DNA of 64,000 bases from Phycisphaerae bacterium (lineage in GTDB: Bacteria > Planctomycetota > Phycisphaerae > UBA1845), in contig JAJDDV010000125.1 of the NCBI GenBank assembly GCA_029260135.1, positions 11,185 to 75,184 of the forward strand, read 5' to 3'. Below, piece by piece: positions 42,531 through 53,553 of this stretch. The notes under the pieces were generated by a model. It was given only the letters and a program-made list of their open reading frames with translations. It searched no databases and was not told where the DNA came from. Position 1 is the first letter of the stretch. Every line of letters starts with the position of its first letter. The translations under genes and the position numbers were made by a program.

Positions 42531-42654
42531 ATTTGCGATGATACGCATGGCTGCCCTGACGACAACGTGCCGCGTTGTCAATTGACAGAGCCCGGATGCA
42601 CCGATACATACGCTAGGCGCGTTCGAAGATGGATTAACGCACCCCGAATCAGGG

Positions 42655-43479
42655 ATGGTGATGCGCGTATTCTCCACCATTGGGTCCAAGACACTCAGTT
42701 CGGTATCGGCCTTGGGGCAGATCGGCGTCTTCGCCTGGCAGATGCTTCGGTGGTTAATCCCGGGCCTGCTGAAGTGGCGCACGTGGGTGCGATCGATGCC
42801 GCTGTTCTTCGAGGTGGGCAACCGCACGCTTCCGGTCATCCTCATTACAGGTACGTTCGTGGGGCTGGTGCTGGCGGTGCAAAGCTACGACCAGCTCCGA
42901 GCCGCCGGGTTCGAAGATCGGATGGGCGTCCTCGTGTCGCTGAGTCTGGTGCAGGAACTCGGGCCGGTTCTGGCTGGTTTGATGGTGGCGGGCCGGGTTG
43001 GCGGCGCGCTGACGGCCGAGCTCGGTACGATGCGTGTCACGGAGCAGATCAGCGCTTTGAGCGTGATGGGTGCGGATCCGATCCGGCAGCTGGTTGTTCC
43101 CCGGTTTCTGGCGTGTCTTCTGCTGACGCCGCTTCTGACTTTCTTTTGCGACCTGTTTGGATCTTTGGCGGGTTGGTTCATCGCGGTTCTTTTGAAGGGA
43201 ATTCCGTCGACGCCCTACTGGTACTATGTCAAGGACGCGGTCGAGGTATGGGACGTCATGGTGGGGTTCATCAAGAGCATCGTGTTCGGCGGCGCGATCG
43301 GGTTGATTGCGTGCTACAAGGGATTCCATTGCCGCACCGGCGCCGAAGGCGTGGGCCGGGCGTGTACGGAGTCGTTCGTCGTCAGTTTCATTGTGATTCT
43401 GATCACGGACTTCTTCATCGGTACGCTGCTGTCGGGACTCTACCGCAGCTTTTACGGGTTTAAGTCGCTTGTAACGTAG
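42655..43479 (+). CDS. mlaE: MlaE family ABC permease
   Basis: ELGPVLAGLMVAGRVGGALTAELGTMRVTEQISAL..MG.DP. Confidence 0.92.
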   Translation: MVMRVFSTIGSKTLSSVSALGQIGVFAWQMLRWLIPGLLKWRTWVRSMPLFFEVGNRTLPVILITGTFVGLVLAVQSYDQLRAAGFEDRMGVLVSLSLVQELGPVLAGLMVAGRVGGALTAELGTMRVTEQISALSVMGADPIRQLVVPRFLACLLLTPLLTFFCDLFGSLAGWFIAVLLKGIPSTPYWYYVKDAVEVWDVMVGFIKSIVFGGAIGLIACYKGFHCRTGAEGVGRACTESFVVSFIVILITDFFIGTLLSGLYRSFYGFKSLVT

Positions 43480-43491
43480 CGAGAGTAGAGC

Positions 43492-44289
43492 GTGATGGTC
43501 GTCGAACCTCCTCAGAACTACGAGCCTGTTGTGCGAATGGTCGACGTCCACAAGAGCTTCGGCGATCTGCGGGTACTCCGCGGCCTGCAGCTCGATCTTC
43601 GATCCGGCGAAACGACCGTCATCATCGGAGAATCGGGCTCCGGAAAGAGCGTGATCCTCAAGCACATCGTTCGACTTCTCAAGCCGGATCGCGGAGAAGT
43701 CTACTTCCACGATCAGCGTATTGACAGGTTGCCCGAGCGTGAGTTGGCCTCGATACGGCCTCGATTCGGTTTTTTGTTTCAGCTCAGTGCGCTGTTCGAC
43801 TCCATGACGGTGGGCGACAACGTGGCGTTCCCCATTGTTGAACATACGCGCCGCAAGCGAAGCGAAATCGCCGAGATTGTCGCCCGCAAGCTCGCCATGG
43901 TGGGCCTGTCCGGGCTTCAATCGCAATGGCCGGCGGAACTCTCCGGCGGGCAGAAGAAGCGTGTGGCGCTGGCGCGGGCGATTGCGCTCGATCCGGAGAT
44001 CATTCTGTACGATGAGCCGACGACCGGGCTCGATCCGCCCCGCGCGGACGTGATCAACGAACTGATCATCAAGCTGCAGGAGGAACTCGGCGTTACCAGT
44101 GTGGTCGTGACGCACGACATGGCCAGCGCAGGAAAAGTGTCGGACCGGATTCTCATGCTCTATGAAGGAAGGTTCATCTTCGACGGTTCACCAGAGGAGA
44201 TTACCCGCTGCGAGGATCCGCGCGTTCGCTGCTTCGTGGAGGGTCGCTGCCACGATGAAGACCTCGAGAGCCTCAAGCGTAAGGGATAA
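43492..44289 (+). CDS. mlaF: MlaF/Mkl family ABC ATPase
   Basis: GESGSGKS, LFQ..ALFDS, LSGGQ, YDEPTTGLDP, VTHD. Confidence 0.93.
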   Translation: MMVVEPPQNYEPVVRMVDVHKSFGDLRVLRGLQLDLRSGETTVIIGESGSGKSVILKHIVRLLKPDRGEVYFHDQRIDRLPERELASIRPRFGFLFQLSALFDSMTVGDNVAFPIVEHTRRKRSEIAEIVARKLAMVGLSGLQSQWPAELSGGQKKRVALARAIALDPEIILYDEPTTGLDPPRADVINELIIKLQEELGVTSVVVTHDMASAGKVSDRILMLYEGRFIFDGSPEEITRCEDPRVRCFVEGRCHDEDLESLKRKG

Positions 44290-44292
44290 GCC

Positions 44293-45483
44293 ATGAAGGA
44301 AGGAACACGAAACCTGCTTGTCGGGATGTTCGTCATCGTGTCGCTGGGTGTGCTGGCCGCCTTGATGGTCGCGTTCGGAGAGGCACCGAGTTGGCTTGGC
44401 GGGAGCGAGTGGACGCTGCGGATCACCGGCGTCGATCGCCTGAGCGGCGTCGGCGCGGGAAGTCCGGTCAACCTCAACGGCGTGGAGATCGGACGCGTTC
44501 AGAGCCTTGCGTTCAGGGACCCCAGCCGACCCGCCCGTGGTGTCGTCATCATTGCCGGCATCAAGAAGACCTACTACGTGCCCACAGGGGCCGTCGCCAG
44601 GGTGTACGGCTCCACGCTCGGTTTCGGTTCCGGGCGAGTCGATATCATCGTCGACCCCGGAACGGAAAGCCCACCGCTCGACCAGGAGAACGCCCGCATC
44701 CCCGGGGAAATGCACAGCATCGTCGGCGAGTTGATCAGCAAAGACCTGGTTCAGTCGGTCGAGCGGATGATTACGCACATCGGGGACCTGGCGGAGGCGG
44801 CGGAGCCCGTCGCTCGGAACCTCGAGACGCTCCTCGAACGAAGGAGCATCGCCGAGGTGGACAGCCCCGGTGCGGCCGACAAGGGAATGACGGCCAATCT
44901 CGCGACGGCGGTGGAACGCATCGACGATCTCGCGGCGAATCTGAATCAGGTGCTCGGCGACCGGAACGTGCAGGATGACGTCAAGTTGGCGGTTCGAGAC
45001 CTCAAAGCCGCCACGGACGACATCCGGCAGACCGCGATGCTCTGGAAGACGGAAACCCAGCGAACCAGCGACAATCTCAACGATGGAATCGTGGCCATTC
45101 GGGAGGACCTGGATCGATCCTTTGTGAAGTTGACCACTGTCCTCGACAACCTCGACAGTGCGTCGACGAGTATGGCGTCGCTGCTCCAGGAGATTCGCGA
45201 CGGCCAGGGAACAGCGGGTCGGCTCGCGCGTGATCCGAGGCTCTATGAATCGGGCGTGCTGACACTGGACCGGCTGGGCGAGTTGATCGCCACGCTTCAG
45301 CGCATCATTGGAAAGGCCGAGGAGGACGGCTACATCAAAGTGGGGAAATCGACGCCCGTGGGAACGCTCAAAGCCGACGTCCCGACCGGGAAGCTCGCGG
45401 CGAAAGTGCTTTCGAAGTTCGGCGCGGGCAGCGACGGTGAGCCGCTGATCGACTCACCGCCGCCCGCCAACGCAAAACCATAA
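44293..45483 (+). CDS. mlaD: MlaD/MCE domain protein with long helical C-terminus
   Basis: N-terminal TM (VGMFVI), GSPV.LNGVEIGRV MCE motif, helical region ending GQGTAGRL..DP.LY. Confidence 0.88.
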   Translation: MKEGTRNLLVGMFVIVSLGVLAALMVAFGEAPSWLGGSEWTLRITGVDRLSGVGAGSPVNLNGVEIGRVQSLAFRDPSRPARGVVIIAGIKKTYYVPTGAVARVYGSTLGFGSGRVDIIVDPGTESPPLDQENARIPGEMHSIVGELISKDLVQSVERMITHIGDLAEAAEPVARNLETLLERRSIAEVDSPGAADKGMTANLATAVERIDDLAANLNQVLGDRNVQDDVKLAVRDLKAATDDIRQTAMLWKTETQRTSDNLNDGIVAIREDLDRSFVKLTTVLDNLDSASTSMASLLQEIRDGQGTAGRLARDPRLYESGVLTLDRLGELIATLQRIIGKAEEDGYIKVGKSTPVGTLKADVPTGKLAAKVLSKFGAGSDGEPLIDSPPPANAKP

Positions 45484-45536
45484 GCTCGCGCCCGCCGAGC
45501 GGTTCCCGACTCAGCGCGATCCAAGAGAGCGGCGGA

Positions 45537-46178
45537 CTACTTGTCGCCCCACTCTTTGAAGAACTTCTTCGATCCTTCGAGGTCGGGCTTGATGCTGGCC
45601 TCGCCGGGATGCCAGTTGGCCGGGCAGACCTCGCCGTTCTTCTCGAAGAACTGGAGGGCATCGACCATGCGGATCGCTTCGTCGACGCTCCGCCCGAGCG
45701 GAAGATCGTTGATCAACATGTGCCTGACCACGCCCTTCGTGTCGATCAGGAAAAGCCCGCGCAGCGCGATGCCCTTGTCCTCGAGAAGGACGCCGAACGA
45801 CCAACTGATTTCGTGGGTCTGATCCGCAACCATCGGGTAGGCGATCTTCCCGAGCCCACCCTGATTGCGAGGGACATTCTGCCAGGCGAGGTGCGTAAAG
45901 TGACTGTCCACCGATACACCCAAAACAACGGTGTTGCGCTCGGTGAACGCATCGATCTTGTCGCTGAAGGCGACGACCTCGGTCGGGCATACAAAGGTGA
46001 AGTCCAACGGCCAGAAAAACAGGATTACGTTCTTGCCGCGGAAGGAGGAAAGGGTCACCTGTTCAAACTTTCCGTTCACAACGCCCATCGCGGTGAAATC
46101 GGGTGCCGGCTGGCAGACGCGTGCGCAGTCAAGAGGTTCATGGCATCCATCGTCCGGCGTGTTTTGTGCTGCTGTCAT
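45537..46178 (-). CDS. ahpC: 2-Cys peroxiredoxin (AhpC/Prx1)
   Basis: FTFVCPTE and GEVCPANW; start at MTAAQ. Confidence 0.93.
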   Translation of the reverse strand: MTAAQNTPDDGCHEPLDCARVCQPAPDFTAMGVVNGKFEQVTLSSFRGKNVILFFWPLDFTFVCPTEVVAFSDKIDAFTERNTVVLGVSVDSHFTHLAWQNVPRNQGGLGKIAYPMVADQTHEISWSFGVLLEDKGIALRGLFLIDTKGVVRHMLINDLPLGRSVDEAIRMVDALQFFEKNGEVCPANWHPGEASIKPDLEGSKKFFKEWGDK

Positions 46179-46321
46179 CGTTGTGTCTCTTCTCAAGAAG
46201 CTTGGAAACGGCAGTCCGTCGGGCCACGTGACCCTACGGATCGTCCCACCCAATACGTTGAGGCCGGGAGGATCAAGGTGAACCTGGAGCCCCGTCCAAA
46301 TATCTGCCCCGACCCGGGAGT

Positions 46322-46350
46322 AGTCTAGGGCGGTCAATGCACCCGTGCAA
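46322..46350 (-). promoter_or_regulatory. Putative sigma70 promoter for ahpC
   Basis: Minus strand TTGCAC-17 nt-TAGACT. Confidence 0.5.
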
Positions 46351-46758
46351 CCGGTCTGCGATACCGCCCGCCCCACGGTAAGTGACCGACGATTCCCAAG
46401 CGATTGCCCTCGGCCCTCTCACTCGAGTCCCGCACCGGATGACTACCGACCGGGGCAAGAACCGCCTCGTTGCCGGAGCGCAAGGGACCTGTCGTCGCAG
46501 GCCGAATAGTCGCCCCAACCACAGATCCACGACGCGGCCCCGAACGGATGGCTCCCTGGACCGGGTCGCCAGGGCTGCGGATCAACGCTTGCTCGAAAGG
46601 GCCAAACCCGCAACAATGCACTCGTCATCGGCGCCGAGAGAGTGAGGCGGGCCCAACCGGCCCGTGGGCGCGACACAATCAACGCTTCTACTCGGCCCGA
46701 TGCAGAGGGCGGGAAAGCGCAGGCGAAACGTGGCCGCGAAGGTCCGGAATCCACACCC

Positions 46759-47514
46759 ATGAGGCGAAAGCTCGCGGACAACTGGAAACGAATCGAACAG
46801 CGCGTTCATGACGCGTGCAGCCGTTTCGATCGAAAACCGTCCGACGTGACGGTCGTCGCCATCACCAAGTACGCGACGCTCGACCTCGTACGCACGTTGG
46901 TCGATCTGGGCATCACCGACCTCGGCGAGAACCGGGTCCAGGAATTCACCAAGCGCGCCGCCGCCATCAACGAGTGGCTTCGCCGACGATCCTCCGACGA
47001 CAGTACGATCCGGCCGCGATGGCACATGGTGGGTCATCTTCAGCGCAACAAGGTCAAGGCCATTCTGCCGTGGGTCGACATGGTCCATTCGGTGGACAGC
47101 CTTCGCCTGGCTGAGGAAATCGACGCGCAAGCCGCAAAGCTCGATCGAATCACGCCGGTCCTTCTCCAGGTCAACGTCACCGAACAGACTTCCCAACACG
47201 GCGTCGCCGTTGCGGCCATCACGCACCTTGTCGAACAGGTCGCTTCCCTCAATCACGTAGACGTTCGTGGACTGATGGCCATCGGCCCCATCACCGATAA
47301 CGCTGATCGCATTCGATACGTCTTTGGCCGGGTCCGTGAGCTGTTCGACGAAATCGTCGTCCAGGAACTCTGCGGACCGAATTTCAAAGACCTCTCGCTG
47401 GGCATGAGCGGCGACTTTGAACACGCCATCGAAGTCGGCGCAACCTACGTCCGCATCGGTTCGGCCCTGTTCGACGGCATCGAAATCGCCAAGGAATCGC
47501 TCTCCGCAGGCTAG
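46759..47514 (+). CDS. yggS: YggS/PLPBP pyridoxal phosphate homeostasis protein
   Basis: VAITK, GENRVQE, WHMVGHLQRNK, GLMAI, LSLGMSGD, VRIGSALF. Confidence 0.94.
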   Translation: MRRKLADNWKRIEQRVHDACSRFDRKPSDVTVVAITKYATLDLVRTLVDLGITDLGENRVQEFTKRAAAINEWLRRRSSDDSTIRPRWHMVGHLQRNKVKAILPWVDMVHSVDSLRLAEEIDAQAAKLDRITPVLLQVNVTEQTSQHGVAVAAITHLVEQVASLNHVDVRGLMAIGPITDNADRIRYVFGRVRELFDEIVVQELCGPNFKDLSLGMSGDFEHAIEVGATYVRIGSALFDGIEIAKESLSAG

Positions 47515-47741
47515 AACAATCTCTGCTCTGCTGTCGTGTCCGAATGCAAGTCTCCACGGGGACTTGCCGCCACCCGCCGCTGCAACTGAGCGATGCAGCC
47601 TGCAGCGAACGATTCTCGGGGCCCTGTCGCCGCCACACCGACCACCTAACTCGATCCGACGTGGAACCTCAGACGCCTTTCGTGGTACAATACTTTGCGA
47701 ATGTGAACCACCTGGTTGACGGCGGAAAGGTAGGCAATCCT

Positions 47742-48611
47742 ATGTACTCAGCTCGCTCTTGGGCAGTAACGACAACCGTGTTGACGGTCCTTGTGCTCTT
47801 GCCGGCCCCCACAACGCACGGTCAGGACAAAGCGCCGGAGGAGGGGATGTTCGAGGAGCCGGCACCGCCCCGGCACAACCGCGATTGGTATCGCGACGAG
47901 GACGGCCACTGGACGCGCCGGTATCCGCGACAATTCGATATGCGGCGCCAGTTCTATCGCGATGGCTACGGGTATCGGTTCGGCATCCCCTCGATCGATC
48001 AGGTCCGCGAGGAGGACCTGGATCGAGCCTACCGGCAGGGCGTGGAAGACGGCCGAGCGCTCGAACGGCGCGAGGTGCAGGCGGAACGCGGCATCGGCGC
48101 GTATGAACTGGCCATGTCCGATGGACAGGCCGCCTTCGAATCCAGAGCATACGGGCTTGCCGCCCGCCACCTCCTTCTGGCCGCCACCCTGAATCAAGGC
48201 GACCCGGCATCCCGGTTGGCGGCGGCGCACGCGCAAACCGCGCTGGGCGAGTACGCCTCCGCCGCACGCCTCGTGCGGCGTGCGTTCGAACTCCAGCCTC
48301 GCCTGGTCTACTTGCCGCTCGACATCCGAAACACCTATGCCGATGCGGCGGAGTTCAACGCGCACATTGCGTCGCTTCGCGGCGCCGCCTCGAACGAAAA
48401 CGAGGACGCCGACTTGAGGTTTCTGCTCGGTTACTATTACTACTATTCAGACAACATGACCGGTGCTGCTTCTGAGTTTTCGCGCGCCGCAAAGCTCGAT
48501 CCCGCGGATGCGCTCTATCCACAACTGGCTGAGCTGGCGCGGATGTCGGCTCCCCGGTCCAAGGAAGTGTCCCGTCGACAATCGGGCCCGAATCGCCGCG
48601 GCGAAAGGTGA
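47742..48611 (+). CDS. Secreted TPR-repeat protein
   Basis: Signal peptide; helical repeats with A..A..LDP pattern. Confidence 0.65.
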   Translation: MYSARSWAVTTTVLTVLVLLPAPTTHGQDKAPEEGMFEEPAPPRHNRDWYRDEDGHWTRRYPRQFDMRRQFYRDGYGYRFGIPSIDQVREEDLDRAYRQGVEDGRALERREVQAERGIGAYELAMSDGQAAFESRAYGLAARHLLLAATLNQGDPASRLAAAHAQTALGEYASAARLVRRAFELQPRLVYLPLDIRNTYADAAEFNAHIASLRGAASNENEDADLRFLLGYYYYYSDNMTGAASEFSRAAKLDPADALYPQLAELARMSAPRSKEVSRRQSGPNRRGER

Positions 48612-48623
48612 GCGAGCCCCCTC

Positions 48624-49229
48624 ATGACGACCCCCGTCCGATCTCCCGATGATTCCACCGGGACGCGTTCTCCACGATCGCGGGGCAGGGTCACGCTCAT
48701 CTCCGGCTGTATGTTCAGTGGGAAAACGACATCACTTCTGGAACGCCTGGATCGAAAGCCGGGGACGTCTCTTCGAACGTTCAAGCACGTCATCGATCGC
48801 CGGTATGCGCCCGATGCCGTCGTGACGCATGGGGGGCTCGCGCAACCCGCCATCCCGGTGGCGAGCCCGGCCGAAGTGCTGGCCCACGTCACCGACGAAA
48901 CGGAAACCGTAGCGATCGATGAAGCGCATTTCTTTGATTCGACGCTGGTCGGGCTCACCGAAGAACTGGCGACCCGCGGAATGAGTGTCATACTGACATC
49001 CCTCGATCGCGACAGTTGGGGACGCCCCTTCCCCGTCGTCGAACAGATTCGCTCGCTCGCCGATGAACCCGTCACCAAGCACGCGACGTGCGCGCGCTGC
49101 CGCGCCGTGGCGGATCATACCCAGCGCCTGACACCGATTATCAACGCAGACATGGTCGGCGGACCGGAATGCTACGAACCGCGCTGCCGAAGTTGCTGGT
49201 CACCGCCCCCCCAGGCACCGCTCTCCTAG
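48624..49229 (+). CDS. tdk: Thymidine kinase
   Basis: GCMFSGKT, DEAHF, CxxC and YEPRCRSC zinc site. Confidence 0.93.
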   Translation: MTTPVRSPDDSTGTRSPRSRGRVTLISGCMFSGKTTSLLERLDRKPGTSLRTFKHVIDRRYAPDAVVTHGGLAQPAIPVASPAEVLAHVTDETETVAIDEAHFFDSTLVGLTEELATRGMSVILTSLDRDSWGRPFPVVEQIRSLADEPVTKHATCARCRAVADHTQRLTPIINADMVGGPECYEPRCRSCWSPPPQAPLS

Positions 49230-49248
49230 ACAAGAAGGTGAACGCGCA

Positions 49249-50154
49249 CTACCACACGACATCGTTTGCGCGGAACACCGGACCGTCCGTACAACACAGC
49301 CGGTAAGACCAACCCTCCGCGTCGGTTCCGTCCTGTACGGCGACGACACAGGATTGACACAACCCGGTACCACACGCCATGGCGCGCTCGAGACAGGCGT
49401 AGCACTCGATGCCTCGCGCCTCGCAAAACGCCGCGACGAACTGTATCATCCGCTGAGGTCCACAGGTGTAGACCACCACATCATCCGCCGCTATCGGATT
49501 GGCCTCGTGATAGGTCTGCATCGCTGCACCGACATGACCCGCATACCCCAGCGTTCCGTCATCGGTGCTCAGCACCACTTTCGCGCCAACCTCCGAAAAC
49601 TCTCGGCAAGTGTCGGTCGCGCGCCGCGCGTCGCGCAGGGCCTCGACACCCCCCTCGACCGTCAGAGGAAGTAGGTCTGCCGTTCGTGCTCCGCAAAAAG
49701 CGATGGCCGCTTGGCCGACCTGCTGCAGCCTCGACGCGAGCCAGAGCATCGGTGGAAGACCGACGCCACCCGCCACGAGCCAGGCCACCGACTTGTCATC
49801 GTGGATCGGAAACCCGTTTCCCAAAGGACCCAGCACACTCAGACGGTCACCTGACCGAAGCGTCTCCATCCAGCGCGTCGCCGTGCCCACCACCCGGTAG
49901 ATCACGTCCACCAACGCCGTTTCATCCTCGCGAGTCACACCCGCGACGCTGAACGCGCGCCGCAGCAACGGCACGGTCAACGCGTCGGGACCAGGATGGC
50001 CGGACTCACTGAGATCGCCGTTGGAACAGACACATGCGGTGCGCGGTCCCGAATCCGCACCCAGGTGAACGAATTGCCCTGGTGCTACATCGGGAAACCG
50101 CTCGGTGCGAAAGGCCAGACGGTAATGCTCACGACACAGACGCTGATTCGCCAC
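49249..50154 (-). CDS. pyrK: Dihydroorotate dehydrogenase electron transfer subunit-like flavo-2Fe-2S protein
   Basis: PGQFV, LRRAFS, GPLGNGF, GGVGLPP, CGP, MACGTGLCQSC..C..GPVF. Confidence 0.85.
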   Translation of the reverse strand: MANQRLCREHYRLAFRTERFPDVAPGQFVHLGADSGPRTACVCSNGDLSESGHPGPDALTVPLLRRAFSVAGVTREDETALVDVIYRVVGTATRWMETLRSGDRLSVLGPLGNGFPIHDDKSVAWLVAGGVGLPPMLWLASRLQQVGQAAIAFCGARTADLLPLTVEGGVEALRDARRATDTCREFSEVGAKVVLSTDDGTLGYAGHVGAAMQTYHEANPIAADDVVVYTCGPQRMIQFVAAFCEARGIECYACLERAMACGTGLCQSCVVAVQDGTDAEGWSYRLCCTDGPVFRANDVVW

Positions 50155-50375
50155 GACCTGGCCCGTCTGGATGATGGTGCTCGCAGTAGCGCTCGTGGCT
50201 TATGCCCCCTGAAATCGTGTGACCGGCTGGGACTATCTACAAAAACTTCCGGGATCGGAACATAGCCGCGACCCCGGAAGTTCGCCACGGCAAAAAGCCG
50301 CATGCTTGTGTAGGCGACAACGCCCCACCCGACGCGCCGCCATGCCTCCCATACCCTTCTGCCTTCGCACACGCC

Positions 50376-50404
50376 GTTCTAGTCGACGCCGCCCTCACTG
50401 TCAA
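50376..50404 (-). promoter_or_regulatory. Putative sigma70 promoter for pyrK-like gene
   Basis: Minus strand TTGACA-17 nt-TAGAAC. Confidence 0.45.
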
Positions 50405-50722
50405 CGAGTTTTCCACCGCATTTCACATGCCGTTGAGAGACGTCAACCTATGTATACACAATAGATTATCGATGCACGACGTCCCGTTTCTTCTTTTAGG
50501 AGCGATACTGTTACGGGTCGCTCACCTGTCTTGATTCCGCGACATCGATCGTTCAGATTTCGGTGCGTTGCGACGACCTCGATCCGATCGGCGCGCTAAG
50601 TTCCGTAGACAGCAGGGTTTGCGCATCGACACCCGTCAAGGGCGCCTCCGTCTCAACCGCGAGAGGTCGCCGCGTTGTCCACGATAGCCTAAGATGTTCG
50701 ACGGGATGATGGAGTCACTCGG

Positions 50723-51199
50723 GTGGCACAAGAGGACCGAAATCTACTGGTTGAGTGGTACGAATTGCTTCGAAAGCAGCTGCCGATCCTCCGCAAGTAT
50801 GGGAAAGAGTGGTTCGAGGCTGTTCGCGAAGAGCCGGTCCTCCTCTGGGAGACCCCGGCCGTCCGCTACTCCGTCTACGGATTTGGCGCCATCATCGTAC
50901 TTTGGGGTGCGAGCACCGCCGCCAGCATGCTAGTCCCGCCGCCGCCAAAAAGTGCCGGCCCCATCGCGACGACGGCGGATTTTCACGTAGTCTGCACGGG
51001 AACGAACTGCACGCACCATTTTGTCCTTCACCGTGAATTCGGATTTCGCGGCTTTCCGGCCGCCTGCACCCGTTGCGGGCGAGACACCGCATTACAGGCG
51101 CGGCGATGCAACTCCGACACGTGCCTGGGTCGCTGGGTCGCGCCTCGGCGAGACGCCGACCGATCCTCGTGTCCTCGCTGCAATCACAGGTTCGAATAG
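50723..51199 (+). CDS. Hypothetical single-TM protein with two putative zinc ribbons
   Basis: One TM helix, then CTGTNC, CTRC, CNSDTC, CPRC; GGAG upstream; stop abuts next ATG. Confidence 0.65.
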   Translation: MAQEDRNLLVEWYELLRKQLPILRKYGKEWFEAVREEPVLLWETPAVRYSVYGFGAIIVLWGASTAASMLVPPPPKSAGPIATTADFHVVCTGTNCTHHFVLHREFGFRGFPAACTRCGRDTALQARRCNSDTCLGRWVAPRRDADRSSCPRCNHRFE

Positions 51200-52000
51200 A
51201 TGGACGGCTCACAGAGTATCACGCTTCTCTACGTGGCCGCAGCATGGATTGGGTTGGCCCACACGCTGCTGGGCCCGGACCACTATCTCCCGTTCCTGGC
51301 GATGTCGCGTGCCGGAGGGTGGACGCTACGCAAAACACTTCTGGTCACGCTGGCCTGCGGCATCGGCCATGTCCTGGGCTCCATCGTTCTTGGGACCATA
51401 GGTATTGTCGTCGGCGTCGCCGTGTTCAAGCTGGAGACGATTGAAGACATACGTGGCGACGTCGCCGGATGGCTTCTGCTGGCATTTGGGGCACTGTATT
51501 TCGCCTGGGGCGTTCGCCGCGCGATCCGAAACAGGCCACATACACACGCCCACGCACACGGCGACGGCACGGTTCACGCACACCGACATATGCACCGGGG
51601 AGGGCACCTGCATGTGCACCAGCAAGCACCTGCCCCGAGGAATTCCGAGACGAGCTGCGAGTGTTTTCCGGCCGTTCGCACGAGCGATACCGTGATCCGA
51701 CCGAAGACCGAATCATCAGGTGCCATGACGCCTTGGGTGCTCTTCACCATCTTCGTGTTCGGACCGTGCGAACCCTTGATTCCCGTCCTGATGTACCCGG
51801 CGGCGAAGGGCCAATGGTGGGATGTCGCGCTCGTGGCGGTGGTCTTTGGTATCACGACGTTGGCCACCATGGTCACCGTCGTTGCATTGGCGTGCGTCGC
51901 GATCGGTTCGCTGAACCTCGGGCAACTCGAACGCTACGGTCACGCGCTCGCTGGATTCGTGATCCTGTTGTGTGGCGCTGCCGTCCAGGTGGGGCTTTGA
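51200..52000 (+). CDS. His-rich Ni/Co transporter-like membrane protein (UreH/NiCoT-related)
   Basis: HTLLGPDHY, CGIGHVLGS, HTHAHAHGDGTVHAHRHMH loop, GPCEPLIP. Confidence 0.8.
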   Translation: MDGSQSITLLYVAAAWIGLAHTLLGPDHYLPFLAMSRAGGWTLRKTLLVTLACGIGHVLGSIVLGTIGIVVGVAVFKLETIEDIRGDVAGWLLLAFGALYFAWGVRRAIRNRPHTHAHAHGDGTVHAHRHMHRGGHLHVHQQAPAPRNSETSCECFPAVRTSDTVIRPKTESSGAMTPWVLFTIFVFGPCEPLIPVLMYPAAKGQWWDVALVAVVFGITTLATMVTVVALACVAIGSLNLGQLERYGHALAGFVILLCGAAVQVGL

Positions 52001-52040
52001 GCGCATCTGGCGATCGCGCCATCCGCAGACCCCAGGCCGG

Positions 52041-52391
52041 CTACTTTCCCTCGTCGGAGGGTCCGTCCGTGATGATCCGCTGAACCGCACTCTTGAGGAA
52101 GGTCATCTTCGTGTTGGTCGACTCGTCGACTTTCAGTACGACTTCGTTGTCCTTGACGGAAATGACCGTACCGATGACGCCCCCGACCGTCTGAACGCGA
52201 TGGTTCTTGGTCATCTTGGCGTACATCTCGGTGCGCTCGCGCTCCTGGCGCTTCCGCTGACTTCGCGAACTCAGCAGCATAAAGACGATCATCGCTGCCA
52301 TCAGCGGTAGGAACATCAACATCGGATTGCCCTGCGACGTCGGCGGCGTACCTTGCGTTTGGGCGATCGTGGCCACGAGTGGATTCATCAA
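52041..52391 (-). CDS. yajC: Preprotein translocase subunit YajC
   Basis: Single TM followed by V.TVGGVIGTV; downstream of tgt. Confidence 0.9.
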   Translation of the reverse strand: MMNPLVATIAQTQGTPPTSQGNPMLMFLPLMAAMIVFMLLSSRSQRKRQERERTEMYAKMTKNHRVQTVGGVIGTVISVKDNEVVLKVDESTNTKMTFLKSAVQRIITDGPSDEGK

Positions 52392-52431
52392 CGTCCCTTT
52401 AATCTCTGGTTTTCAAATGCCCGCGAGACCC

Positions 52432-53553
<1,122 letters not shown>

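Noticed and set aside
41112..43463. 783-aa plus-strand ORF spanning thioesterase, REP cluster, GT2 and mlaE
   Set aside because: Crosses several real genes and a repeat cluster; low-complexity Arg/Gly-rich translation
46230..46300. Resemblance to 6S RNA (TTCACCTTGA.. segment on the minus strand)
   Set aside because: Region is too short and lacks the long closing stem with central bubble; kept only as a possible leader
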